Translations under genes and position numbers: made by a program | Part shown: positions 53,026 through 62,203 of the stretch, piece by piece | Layout of the letters: every line of letters starts with the position of its first letter | How positions within the stretch are numbered: the stretch's first letter is position 1 | From: a virus | Taxonomy: Duplodnaviria > Caudoviricetes | IMG/VR virus record: IMGVR_UViG_3300035170_000083 | Location: 1,736 to 65,735 of that record | Reading direction: 5' to 3' (one strand) | DNA length: 64,000 nucleotides | Notes under the pieces: model-generated | The model's input: only the letters and a program-made list of their open reading frames with translations | The model's database searches: none | Told to the model about the DNA's origin: nothing

Positions 53026-54642
53026 ATGGGGCAGCGGCAAGACCTCGAATGGTTCTACGCCCAGCTGCAGACGATGGGCGTCAGCCAGCGCTACCAGGAC
53101 GCCTCCCTCGCCGAGATGTACTGCGCCGGCACGCAGTACGACGGCCTGCCCGGCCCCGACGACACGTCCGTCCCGATCCGCCAGCGCCGCCCGCGCGTCA
53201 TCGTCCCGCTCCTGAAAGAGGCCGTCGACGAGATCATCCGCTTCACCTGGGGCGGGCACAACTTCCCGTCGCTGTCGATCGAGGCCACGCGCAGCGACGA
53301 CGACGTCGAGCGCGCCGATGAGATCGGGCCCCGGCTCGACAAGGAGCAGGCCGAGAAGCTGACGCGCTTCGTCCGCGCCATGATGCGATCCTCGCAGCTG
53401 GCGCAGGCGGTGAAAGAGGCCTCCCGCAAGGCGGCCGTGGGCCGCTCGGCGCTGCTGCTCCTGCAGTGCCGTAACGGCTACCTGACGACGCACACCGAGC
53501 TGGGCAAGCACTGCACGCCGACCTGGGACCCCGACCGGCCGCGCCGTCTCAAGTCGGTCGACATCACCTACCAGCACCCGAAGGACGTCGAGGTCACCCC
53601 GGGAACCTGGAAGGTCTTGCAGTACTGGTACAAGCGCGTCATCGACGAGCAGCGCGACATCGTCTACGAAGAGGTCCTGGTGGTTCCCGGCGTCAAGCCC
53701 ACCTGGGTCGAGGACAAGGAGAAGACGGTCGACCACGGCCTGGGCTTCTGCCCGGCGGTGTGGTTCAAGCCGCTCTCTGACGACGTGAACCAGATCGACG
53801 GCCAGCCCATCGTCGACCCCCAGCTCTACCCGCTGATCGACGACGTCAACTACACGATTTCCCAGCGGTCGCGGTCCATCAAGTTCATCACCGACCCGCA
53901 GCCCGTCGTCACCGGCGTCGACGAGGACGAGGGCGACTTCGCCAAGAACCCCGGCAAGCCCTGGTACCTGCCGACGGGCGCCGACGCGAAGTACATCGAG
54001 ATGACCGGCGTGGGCGCGGTGCGCGCCTCCGAGCACGCGACCGACCTGGTCGAACGCTTCCGCGACGCCGTCCACTACGTCAAGGCCAACCCCGAGACGA
54101 CGAGCGGCAACATCAGCGGCGTCGTCCTCGAGTTCCTGCACGCGCCGATGATCGCGCTCGCCGCCGACCTGCGCTCCGACTTCGGCAACAACGGCCTGGT
54201 CATCGCCGTGGCGGTGATGCTGCAGATGGTGGTGGCGATCTGGGACCGCGGACAGGCGGTGTGGATTCAGGGAGTAGGGGAGGCCGTCGAGATCTTGAAG
54301 GCCGCGCAGCTGTCGGGCGTGTGGCTGGACCCGCCGGTGTGCATCCACTGGGCGCCGTACTTCCCCGAGACCGCCGGCGACAAGCAGACCAAGGTCACGT
54401 ATACGACGTCGGCGCAGCAGGCCGGGTTCATCAGCCGCTCGACAGCGACGAAGCACCTGGCGTCCGTCTTCGGGGTCGAGGACCACGAGGCCGAGCAGGA
54501 CGAGGTCGACGAGGACGAGGCCGAGGCGCAGAAGAACGAAATGGCGTCGCTCGAGGAGCGCACCAGCATCGCGACCGCGGCGAAGCAGCCGAAGCCCGCC
54601 GGGTCGAAAGAGACGGTCCCCGAGGAGGGCGACGAGTCATGA
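53026..54642 (+). CDS. Portal protein (SPP1 gp6-like)
   Basis: Follows TerL; 'DHGLGFCPAVWF', 'LIDDVNYTIS', 'GNISGVVLEF'; acidic tail. Confidence 0.88.
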   Translation: MGQRQDLEWFYAQLQTMGVSQRYQDASLAEMYCAGTQYDGLPGPDDTSVPIRQRRPRVIVPLLKEAVDEIIRFTWGGHNFPSLSIEATRSDDDVERADEIGPRLDKEQAEKLTRFVRAMMRSSQLAQAVKEASRKAAVGRSALLLLQCRNGYLTTHTELGKHCTPTWDPDRPRRLKSVDITYQHPKDVEVTPGTWKVLQYWYKRVIDEQRDIVYEEVLVVPGVKPTWVEDKEKTVDHGLGFCPAVWFKPLSDDVNQIDGQPIVDPQLYPLIDDVNYTISQRSRSIKFITDPQPVVTGVDEDEGDFAKNPGKPWYLPTGADAKYIEMTGVGAVRASEHATDLVERFRDAVHYVKANPETTSGNISGVVLEFLHAPMIALAADLRSDFGNNGLVIAVAVMLQMVVAIWDRGQAVWIQGVGEAVEILKAAQLSGVWLDPPVCIHWAPYFPETAGDKQTKVTYTTSAQQAGFISRSTATKHLASVFGVEDHEAEQDEVDEDEAEAQKNEMASLEERTSIATAAKQPKPAGSKETVPEEGDES

Positions 54643-55007
54643 TGAACAAGACGCGAATCCTGCCGAACGCCACCGGCGGCCCGACGTTCACGGCGAATGC
54701 CACCGGCCAGGCCGTCGATATCAGCGACCTCGGGGAGAAGGACATCATCGTGTGGCCCACGTCGGGGGCGATGAGCGCCAGCGTCCAGATCCAGGTGTCG
54801 GCGCTGGGCGGGCCCTCCGCTCCGGGCACGGCCGACCCCAGCTGGGTGGCTCTCGGCTCCGCGATTACCACCGCCGGCGCCACGCACACCCTGACGCGAG
54901 CGCTGTGGATGCGCGCGGTGGTCTCCAGCTACGTCAGCGGCGCCGTCGAGGTCGCGGTCGTCGGCGACTTCGCGCACGAGCCCGGCGGACGAAGGGTCTC
55001 CGGCTGA
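54639..55007 (+). CDS. Hypothetical beta-rich structural protein
   Basis: 'VQIQVS...WVAL...WMRAVV' pattern, similar to the 59076 gene. Confidence 0.55.
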   Translation: MMNKTRILPNATGGPTFTANATGQAVDISDLGEKDIIVWPTSGAMSASVQIQVSALGGPSAPGTADPSWVALGSAITTAGATHTLTRALWMRAVVSSYVSGAVEVAVVGDFAHEPGGRRVSG

Positions 55008-55249
55008 TGCGGTACGAGATGAAGGTCTTCGCGCTCCGGGGCAACCCGCACGAGCTCGAGAAGAAGCTGTGCGAGCTGGGCGCCGAGGGCTGGGCCATCG
55101 CCGGCGCCGTCGAGACGCTGGTCGTGCTGCAGCGCCCGATCGGCGCGCCGCCGGCGACCACGGTCTACAACATGAACTACGATCCCGGGGACATGGCGCA
55201 GGCGCTGGCGAAGGCCGTCAGGGACGCCATCCAGAACCCGAAGCGGTAG
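55007..55249 (+). CDS. DUF4177-like protein
   Basis: 'YEMKV...LEKKLCELGAEGW...VVLQRP'. Confidence 0.6.
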   Translation: MRYEMKVFALRGNPHELEKKLCELGAEGWAIAGAVETLVVLQRPIGAPPATTVYNMNYDPGDMAQALAKAVRDAIQNPKR

Positions 55250-55252
55250 CCG

Positions 55253-56248
55253 ATGCAGACGACCGACGTCGCACCGCCAGGCAGGAAGGCCCCGAGGCGG
55301 CCGACGGCGGCGCAGGTGGCGGCGGTCCAGTCGACGCTTCGCCAGCACCAGGCCGAGGTCATCCAGGTCGAGACGGAACATGTGCGGGCGCTGGCGCCGA
55401 TGCTCCGCCAGGCGCAGGACGAACTGGCGCGGGCGCTGCGCGGCTGGGTGCAGCGGGCCCCGAGCGGGTCACTTCGCTGGACGGCTCACCGGTACCGCTC
55501 GGCGCTGCTGCAGATGCAGGGGGTCGTCACCACGCTCGAGCAGGGCATGGGCATCCAGCTCGAGCGAGCCGGCCGCGATGCGCAAAAGCTGTCGGCGCGG
55601 CACCTGACCACGGAGGTCGCTCGGTTCTCGACGGTATTCGGAGACTCGGTCCCCGACCTCCGCTTCCGCCTGGCTGCCATCCTCGCCAAGGCCGATTCGG
55701 CTCGTGTGCCGCGCTTTCGCAGCTCGGCGGAGCGCTACGCCTGGGGCCGGTCGAAGGGCGTCTATGCGGACCTCAAGCGGCGGCTGGCGATTGACGTCCT
55801 GAACGGCGTGGCGGTCGAGCGCACCATCGACAACCTGCAGGAGCACGGCGGGCCGCGCGGCCTGGTGGCGCTCCAGGGCATCGCAGGCGAAGAGGGCGCC
55901 GTCGTCGAGCTCATCCCCGAAGGCCTGTTCAAGCGCTACCGCTGGCGCGCCGAATTGTACGTCCGCACGGAGATGGCATCGGCCTACGGCGAGCAGACAC
56001 GCCAGGGGTTCGAGACCGCGCGCGCCATCCTGCCGGACCTCCAGCGCCGCTGGTGCACCGACGGCAGCGGGTGCCCGAAGATTTGCCAGCCCATGGACGG
56101 ACAGACGGTTGGCCCCGACGAGTCGTTCATCGACGGCGAGGGCATGGTGGTCGACCACGACGGCGGCGCGCATCCGAATTGCCGATGCAGGTGGTGCGCG
56201 TGGCGGCCGCACTGGGGCCAGCTGCTCGACTCTCTGGGCGTGAACTAA
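55253..56248 (+). CDS. Minor head protein (SPP1 gp7/Mu gpF-like)
   Basis: 'RAELYVRTEMASAY...CPKICQPMDG...AHPNCRC'. Confidence 0.88.
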   Translation: MQTTDVAPPGRKAPRRPTAAQVAAVQSTLRQHQAEVIQVETEHVRALAPMLRQAQDELARALRGWVQRAPSGSLRWTAHRYRSALLQMQGVVTTLEQGMGIQLERAGRDAQKLSARHLTTEVARFSTVFGDSVPDLRFRLAAILAKADSARVPRFRSSAERYAWGRSKGVYADLKRRLAIDVLNGVAVERTIDNLQEHGGPRGLVALQGIAGEEGAVVELIPEGLFKRYRWRAELYVRTEMASAYGEQTRQGFETARAILPDLQRRWCTDGSGCPKICQPMDGQTVGPDESFIDGEGMVVDHDGGAHPNCRCRWCAWRPHWGQLLDSLGVN

Positions 56249-56399
56249 CCCTGAAAAAGCAACGGGCCGCCGTCGGCGACCCGTTGGGTTCGAGCGTCGG
56301 CAGCTTCAGCTACTCCCGTCGAACCATCGAAGCCAACGATAGCACGTCTCATTGGGCGCGCGCAGCGTCCGTGACCAACCCCAACAGAGGAACGCAACC

Positions 56400-56816
56400 A
56401 TGTCGACGACCACCACGATCCTCGGCGTCAACGAGCTGCGCGGCCCGTCCGGTCCGAAGGGCGAGCAGCGCATCTTCGAGATCCCGGTCCGCGTCGCGGG
56501 CACCTATGCCACCGCGGCCAAGCCCAACTTCGACGTGTTCACGGCGATCGCCAACGCGCACTTCGGCGCGGTCCCCGGCAGCTTCACCGTCAAGAACGTG
56601 CTGATCCTCCGCGATCGGTACGACGGCACCAACCGCTACACCGCCCCGGACGCCAACGTCGCCCTGAGCTCCGGCCTCGCCGGCAACTCGCTGGCGACCT
56701 TCCGCATCGACTCGGGCGCCGTGAACGGCACCGCGGGGACCGAGGTCACCGACGGCACCGACGTCACCGGCATCTACGTGTTCATCGCGCGCTGCACGGC
56801 GTTCTCGGCCGAATAG
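56400..56816 (+). CDS. Putative head decoration/structural protein
   Basis: SD GAGG; highly biased codons; located in the head cluster. Confidence 0.6.
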   Translation: MSTTTTILGVNELRGPSGPKGEQRIFEIPVRVAGTYATAAKPNFDVFTAIANAHFGAVPGSFTVKNVLILRDRYDGTNRYTAPDANVALSSGLAGNSLATFRIDSGAVNGTAGTEVTDGTDVTGIYVFIARCTAFSAE

Positions 56817-56972
56817 CTCCTCTTTCGGTTCGACCCTTGGCGCCACCTGGCCGGGCGCCTCGATTACGAGGGGGACGAACCGTTTTCTTGGCACGCGTCG
56901 CCGCCGGGCAGGCGATGGCACGCGCGCCGCTCCCTCGGCTCGTCGGTCCGTCATCCGACGTAGGAGGCCACG

Positions 56973-57677
56973 ATGCTCCACCGTTACCGCTCTGCCTTCA
57001 TGCAGGGGGCCGACGCGGCTCCCGCCGGTTCCGCTGCGCCTGCGCCCGCCGCGCCGGCTCCCGCCGCCCCCGCGGCGCCGGCTGCCGGCGAGGAGTGGCG
57101 CCAGATGTCGAACGAGGCCTTCAACCAGCGCCTCGCCGACGCCGGAAAGTCCCGTGAAGCCGCGCTCCTCAAGGAGTTCGGCGTCAAGACCCCGGCCGAT
57201 CTGAAGTCGCTTCTCGACGAGGGCAAGAAGCTCCGCGAGGCGCAGATGACCGAGCAGCAGCGCCTGGAGGCAGCCGTCAAGAGCCTCGAGCCCGTCGCCG
57301 CCAAGTCCAAGGCGCTCGAGGAGGACGTCGCGTTCTTCCTCCAGACGGAAGAGGCGGCTATCCCCGACGACAAGAAGAGCCTGCTCGAGCTGGCGCCGCC
57401 GGCCGACAACCCGGGCGCGCGCCTGCGCTGGATCGCCCAGGCGAAGGCCAAGGGCATCTTCGGCGCGTCCGCGGCGACCGCCGCAGCTACCACGACCACG
57501 ACCACCGCGGCGCCGCGCATCGGCGCCACCACGAGCGCGCCCAACGGTCCCGCCGCGCCCGCCCCGGCGGGCAGTCAGACGCCGCAGCAGCAGTACGACG
57601 CTCTCAAGGCCGCGGGCAAGACGTTCGCCGCGGCTGCCTTCTACGCCGCGCACCGCCCGCAGATCGCCAAGAAGTAG
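56973..57677 (+). CDS. Capsid scaffolding protein
   Basis: AP-rich N-terminus, coiled coil 'EAQMTEQQRL', upstream of the capsid gene. Confidence 0.75.
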   Translation: MLHRYRSAFMQGADAAPAGSAAPAPAAPAPAAPAAPAAGEEWRQMSNEAFNQRLADAGKSREAALLKEFGVKTPADLKSLLDEGKKLREAQMTEQQRLEAAVKSLEPVAAKSKALEEDVAFFLQTEEAAIPDDKKSLLELAPPADNPGARLRWIAQAKAKGIFGASAATAAATTTTTTAAPRIGATTSAPNGPAAPAPAGSQTPQQQYDALKAAGKTFAAAAFYAAHRPQIAKK

Positions 57678-57792
57678 CCCCTCCCGACCATCGCCGCGCA
57701 GCGGAAGCGCGCCCGTCTTCTGACGGGAAGCGTTGGCCGGTCTTCGCCAATTCTTCCCCGGCCTATTGGCCGGCCAACCACGAGGTAGACCA

Positions 57793-58962
57793 ATGGCCGA
57801 TTCAGTCAACGTGCTCACGCCGGGAGCCATTCCGGCCGAATTCAACGACTGGCTGGCGCAGGAGCTGCTGCTCGCCCCCGACGCCCAGTTCGTCCTGGCG
57901 CGCAGCGCGTTCTCCGCGGCGCTGGCGGCGCAGTTCGAGGGCGACGGCGCCTTCGACCTGGCGATGATGCAGTTCAAGGAAGGCCGCATGGGCCCGCAGG
58001 GGTTCCTGGCCAACATGCCCGAGGCGATGAGCCAGGGCATGGGCGGCCCGCTCACGCCGCTCGGCCAGATGACCTACCCCGGCTTCGTCAAGGTCGTGAC
58101 GGACCCGGCCAAGGCGATGCCCGGCGAGGTCATCAAGATCAACCGGCCGAAGTTCCTCGCCAACCCGACCACCGAGGCGTCGCGCCTGCTGGCCCCGCAG
58201 GACCAGGTGTTCGGCGGCGCGTCGCAGGTTCCCGGCATGGACCAGGTGCCGGTGACCATCAAGGAATACTTCGGCCCCACCGACGCCGCCGGCAACAAGG
58301 CGCCGCTCAACCTCGCCGAGTTCACCCGCAACCGCTCGATGCACGACCTGCTGGCGTACGTGGGGATGCTGCTGCGGCGCGACCGCTACGCGCTGGTCGA
58401 CTTCCTCATGCACCTGCGCCTGCTCGACGCGGCCGTCGCGGCCGGCAACGTGACCTTCGCCAGCAACATGACGGCGCTGTCGCAGTACACCGCGCCCGGC
58501 AACGAGTCGTGCTCGTTCGACATGCTGGTGCGCGCCAACGAGGCGATGCGCAGCACGCCGCGCTTCGCCCCGGGCGTCGAGAACAAGAACCGGTACGTCA
58601 CCTTCCTCGACACGCACCAGATCAGCGACCTCAAGCTCGACCCCCAGTACCAGAAGCTGTCGCAGTACCACAAGGAGCTCGACCCGCTCTTCCCGGGCTA
58701 CATCGCGACCGTCGAGAACCTGATCATCTGCGAGGACAACAACATGCCCCGGCTCACCGGCCAGGGCGTGAACTCGAACCTCACGGTCTACCAGGGCATC
58801 ATGGTGGCCCCCGGCGTTCTCGGCTGGGCGAACACCAAGGGCGCCACGCCGCTGCGCGACCGGAACGACGACGGCGGCCGCTTCGACCGCTACGCCTGGA
58901 ACGTCTTCGAGGGCTGGCAGGTCCTCGACGATCGCTTCGTCCAGGCGATCCAGACCGGCTGA
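57793..58962 (+). CDS. Major capsid protein
   Basis: 389 aa; 'GEVIKINRP', 'VTIKEYFGP', 'YVTFLDTHQISDLKLDP..', 'GYIATVENLII'; synteny. Confidence 0.88.
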   Translation: MADSVNVLTPGAIPAEFNDWLAQELLLAPDAQFVLARSAFSAALAAQFEGDGAFDLAMMQFKEGRMGPQGFLANMPEAMSQGMGGPLTPLGQMTYPGFVKVVTDPAKAMPGEVIKINRPKFLANPTTEASRLLAPQDQVFGGASQVPGMDQVPVTIKEYFGPTDAAGNKAPLNLAEFTRNRSMHDLLAYVGMLLRRDRYALVDFLMHLRLLDAAVAAGNVTFASNMTALSQYTAPGNESCSFDMLVRANEAMRSTPRFAPGVENKNRYVTFLDTHQISDLKLDPQYQKLSQYHKELDPLFPGYIATVENLIICEDNNMPRLTGQGVNSNLTVYQGIMVAPGVLGWANTKGATPLRDRNDDGGRFDRYAWNVFEGWQVLDDRFVQAIQTG

Positions 58963-59075
58963 TAGCGCGCCGCGTCCAAGTCCCCTGCCGGGTTCTCAGC
59001 CTCGGCGGACACCAGTGAAACGCGACCTCCGGCCTGGCGCTGCTGGGCCGGAGGTCTTCGAAAAAGGACACCACC

Positions 59076-59465
59076 ATGGGCAAGCGCTCAGTGCATGGCG
59101 GCAGTGGCGGGGCGCTCGTCGCCCGCACCGTGGCCGCCGGCGTCGTCGCCAACGCGTCGACCGGCGCCACGATGATCGCCATCAACCAGACGCTCGACGG
59201 CATCATCAACGTCGACGTCAACTTCACCCTGGGGTCGCTCACCAACGCGACCTTCACGCCGCAGGTCTCCGACGACGGCGTCAACTGGAGCACGCTGACC
59301 GACCCCGGCGCGCTCGGGCCGCTCACCGCGACCGGTCGCTTCTCGTTCCCGTGCATCGTCAAGGGGCGCCAGTTCTTCCGCGTCGCCGCGGCCTCGACCG
59401 GGACCCCGACCAGCTCCTCGGCCGCCATCGCGTATACCTGGCAGACGCAGGGCGGGGCGAACTAG
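59076..59465 (+). CDS. Putative capsid decoration protein
   Basis: 'PQVSDDGVNW...QFFRV' beta-sandwich pattern. Confidence 0.6.
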   Translation: MGKRSVHGGSGGALVARTVAAGVVANASTGATMIAINQTLDGIINVDVNFTLGSLTNATFTPQVSDDGVNWSTLTDPGALGPLTATGRFSFPCIVKGRQFFRVAAASTGTPTSSSAAIAYTWQTQGGAN

Positions 59466-59467
59466 CC

Positions 59468-59905
59468 ATGGCGCGCCGCAAGCGACGCATGGCGCCGCCG
59501 GCGCGCGCTGTCGGCACCACGGCCGCCGCCGACCCGCAGCCGGAGCAGCAGCCGGAGCAGCAGCCGGAGGCGGAGACGGTCGAGGGTGCCGACGGCGCCG
59601 AGGACGACGAGGTCGGCGCCGTGCAGGATGACGCCGCCACCCCGGATGCCGCCGCCACCCCGGATGCCGGTGACGACGACGGAGGCGACGACGACCAGGA
59701 GGATGGCGACACTGCGGCTGAAACCGCGGCCGAAGCCTCCACCCAGGAGACCAGCGCTGCCGAGCCTCCGCCGGAGCAGCAGCCGGAGCAGCAGCCGGGC
59801 GAAGGCGAGGAGCACCACTCCAAGGGGAGGGTGCTGCGTGGAATGCAGGGCTTCAAGCACGTGGCGCTGCACACCAACGCTCACGTGAAGCTGCACCAGT
59901 CATGA
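59468..59905 (+). CDS. Acidic low-complexity protein
   Basis: PEQQ and DAAATP repeats; SD not obvious. Confidence 0.5.
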   Translation: MARRKRRMAPPARAVGTTAAADPQPEQQPEQQPEAETVEGADGAEDDEVGAVQDDAATPDAAATPDAGDDDGGDDDQEDGDTAAETAAEASTQETSAAEPPPEQQPEQQPGEGEEHHSKGRVLRGMQGFKHVALHTNAHVKLHQS

Positions 59906-59925
59906 CCTCGAGCGCGAGGTAGCCG

Positions 59926-60303
59926 ATGCCGAATGCAGCTCTGAGCGACGCGGAAATCCAGCAGTGCAAGAACCTGCTGGGGTACCCGAACGTCCTGCTT
60001 CAGGCGAATCCGATCATCGGCACCTCGCGCGTCTTCGAGGACATCCTGCAGAAGTACGCCGACGACTACGGCATCGGCTACATCCGCAACACCATCCTCG
60101 TCAACATCACGCAGCTCGAAACGGAGCTGCAGGCGACGCGGTCCCGCTTCAAGGTCTCCCAGGCCGAGGAGTTCACGCAGAACCCCGACGAGATGCGGAA
60201 GTACAAGCAGCTGCGGGAGTTCTGGATCAAGAGGCTCGAGCAGACCACCGGCATCAAGCGCTATCGGGGCCCCGGCGGTCGTTCCGGCGGCGACGTGTTC
60301 TGA
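59926..60303 (+). CDS. Head-tail adaptor
   Basis: 'LSDAEIQQCKNLLGYP'; synteny. Confidence 0.65.
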   Translation: MPNAALSDAEIQQCKNLLGYPNVLLQANPIIGTSRVFEDILQKYADDYGIGYIRNTILVNITQLETELQATRSRFKVSQAEEFTQNPDEMRKYKQLREFWIKRLEQTTGIKRYRGPGGRSGGDVF

Positions 60304-61043
60304 TGAGCCTCCGGGACGACCTGCTTCCGGTCTTCAACGACACGAGGCAGGTCATCGACGACCTGGGCCTGCGCCGCTTCCAGGTGACGCTGCGCCGCCG
60401 CGTGTGGAGCGGGGGAAAAGACGTTGGCGACGGGACGCCGACGAACCAGGACATCGTCATCACCCCTTCTCCGAAGGTGCGGTTCCAGTCGCCGGACGCG
60501 CGCCAGATGCAGTACCTGCTCACCTCGGGCGGTTCCATTCGCGACCGGTACTACCTCATCAACAAAATCACGCCAGCGTACGTCGACCCGCTCACGGGGC
60601 TCTCCGGCGGGTACTCGCCCGACCAGCTGCGCCTGCGCGTGGGACCCGACCTGGTGAACGTCGAGGCGATCGTCGTGCTCGTCGGGGACGACGGCATGAA
60701 GCGCGAGTGCACCCAAATCTTGCTCGAGGACGACCGCTCTTTCGGCTATTCGATGCTGTGCCAGGAAGTCGACCGTCCGGCGGTCTCGCTGGTGTCCATC
60801 GCGGTCACCCCAAGCCCGGCCGGCGTCGCCGTCGGCGCCTCGCTGCGGATGGTCGCCACCGGGACCTTCGAGGACGGGGATTCGTACGACATTACGTCGA
60901 CGGCGAAGTGGACTTCGTCCAGCGGAGCTGTCGCGTCCGTGAACGTCCTCGGAGTGGCCAAAGGATTGTCGGCAGGGACGTCGACCATCACCGCCAGCGT
61001 GGGCGGCATCGTGGCGCCGGGCGTCACCCTGACGGTGACCTAG
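60303..61043 (+). CDS. Head closure protein with a C-terminal Ig-like (Big_2) domain
   Basis: 'SIAVTPSPAGVAVGAS....ATGTFEDG...DIT....WTSSS..VASV...G......GTSTITAS'. Confidence 0.8.
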   Translation: MSLRDDLLPVFNDTRQVIDDLGLRRFQVTLRRRVWSGGKDVGDGTPTNQDIVITPSPKVRFQSPDARQMQYLLTSGGSIRDRYYLINKITPAYVDPLTGLSGGYSPDQLRLRVGPDLVNVEAIVVLVGDDGMKRECTQILLEDDRSFGYSMLCQEVDRPAVSLVSIAVTPSPAGVAVGASLRMVATGTFEDGDSYDITSTAKWTSSSGAVASVNVLGVAKGLSAGTSTITASVGGIVAPGVTLTVT

Positions 61044-61044
61044 C

Positions 61045-61503
61045 GTGTCGAAGGTCTGGGAGGTCAACAGCAAGGACCTTCCGTCGCTGTTCCGCGAGGT
61101 CGAGTCCAAGCGCCCCGCCGCGGTCGTCCGCGGCATCGCCTCGGCCATCCTGCTCAGCGCCGAGGTCGTGCGGCGCGCCGCTCCGAAGGACACCAAGGAG
61201 CTGACCAAATCGGTCCGAGGCGTCCTGCAGCCCGGCGGTGGCTACATCATCGTCGATGCGCCGCACGCGGGCGTCGTCGAGATGGGCGCCCGGCCGCACT
61301 GGACGTCGGTCAAAAACCTCATCCCCTGGTGCATGCGGCACTTCCCGCGAAGCGAGGCGGTGCGGGTCGCCTACGCCCTGCAGGCCAAGATCGCCCGCGA
61401 GGGGCAGAAGCCCACCTACTTCATGCGCAAGACCCTGCCTATCCAGCGGCGGATCTTGAAGGCCGAGGTAGAGCGCGAGCTGCGCGCGGAGGACACACGC
61501 TGA
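61045..61503 (+). CDS. HK97 gp10-like neck/tail completion protein
   Basis: 'APKDTKELTKSV...APHAGVVEMGARPH...GQKPTYFMR'. Confidence 0.8.
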   Translation: MSKVWEVNSKDLPSLFREVESKRPAAVVRGIASAILLSAEVVRRAAPKDTKELTKSVRGVLQPGGGYIIVDAPHAGVVEMGARPHWTSVKNLIPWCMRHFPRSEAVRVAYALQAKIAREGQKPTYFMRKTLPIQRRILKAEVERELRAEDTR

Positions 61504-62156
61504 TGGCCGAGCCCGAAATCGAGGCCGTGCGCGGGGCGCTGGCGACCTACCTGCAGGGGCAGCTGCGGACGCAGTTCCCGACCGTCGAGGTCCTGGCTCG
61601 GTGGCCCAACTCCCCGCAGCTGCCGGAGCTGGCCGTCTCGCTGCTGGCCACCGGCGAATCCGACCTGGTGGCGCACGACGCGATGGAGGTTGCGACCGTC
61701 GTGGGCTCAGGGGTCTCCGGGACCGTCACCTACGTCTACGGCTACGCCGAGGGCATCCAGCTCGAGCTCGACTGCTGGGCGTCCACCAAGCCCAAGCGGG
61801 ACGCTTTGCAGCTGGCGGTGCGGCGCGCGCTCAACCGGCCGGTGCAGACGACGATCCCAGGTGCGGATGACGGCTGGCCGCGGATGGCGCACTCGCCGAA
61901 CCTGACCATCCCGGTCCCCGGCCTGTACGGCGCGCTCTTCACCTTCCGCTTCGCGCAGGTCCCCACCATCGACGAGTCGTCCGGGAACGCGCAGCGCAAC
62001 GAGTGGCGCTCGCACTTCCGCGGCACCGCCGACGGTCCGCTGTGGGAGCAGGACGTGGTCGTGCTCCGCCAGCGCATCCACATGATCGGCAACATCGGCC
62101 CCGGCGCACTCGGCTCCACCGTCGGCAACCAGGCTCTCAACAAAACCATTCCCTGA
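61503..62156 (+). CDS. Tail terminator protein
   Basis: 'IQLELDCWAST...RD'; located just before the sheath gene. Confidence 0.65.
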   Translation: MAEPEIEAVRGALATYLQGQLRTQFPTVEVLARWPNSPQLPELAVSLLATGESDLVAHDAMEVATVVGSGVSGTVTYVYGYAEGIQLELDCWASTKPKRDALQLAVRRALNRPVQTTIPGADDGWPRMAHSPNLTIPVPGLYGALFTFRFAQVPTIDESSGNAQRNEWRSHFRGTADGPLWEQDVVVLRQRIHMIGNIGPGALGSTVGNQALNKTIP

Positions 62157-62203
62157 CCTCGCGCGCCGCGTAGCGCCGCGCCTGCACCTCCAGGAGGGGC
62201 ATC

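Noticed and set aside
56888-56932. TGGCACGCG repeats as sigma54 late promoters
   Set aside because: The -24 box is good but there is no TTGC at -12, so the evidence is too weak to call.
59533-59800. Tandem repeats CAGCCGGAGCAG and GCCGCCACCCCGGAT
   Set aside because: They are in-frame low-complexity coding repeats (PEQQ, AATPD).
62181-62200. CCTGCACCTCCAGGAGG as a sixth hairpin element
   Set aside because: It lacks ACAG, the GC stem and CGATGG.
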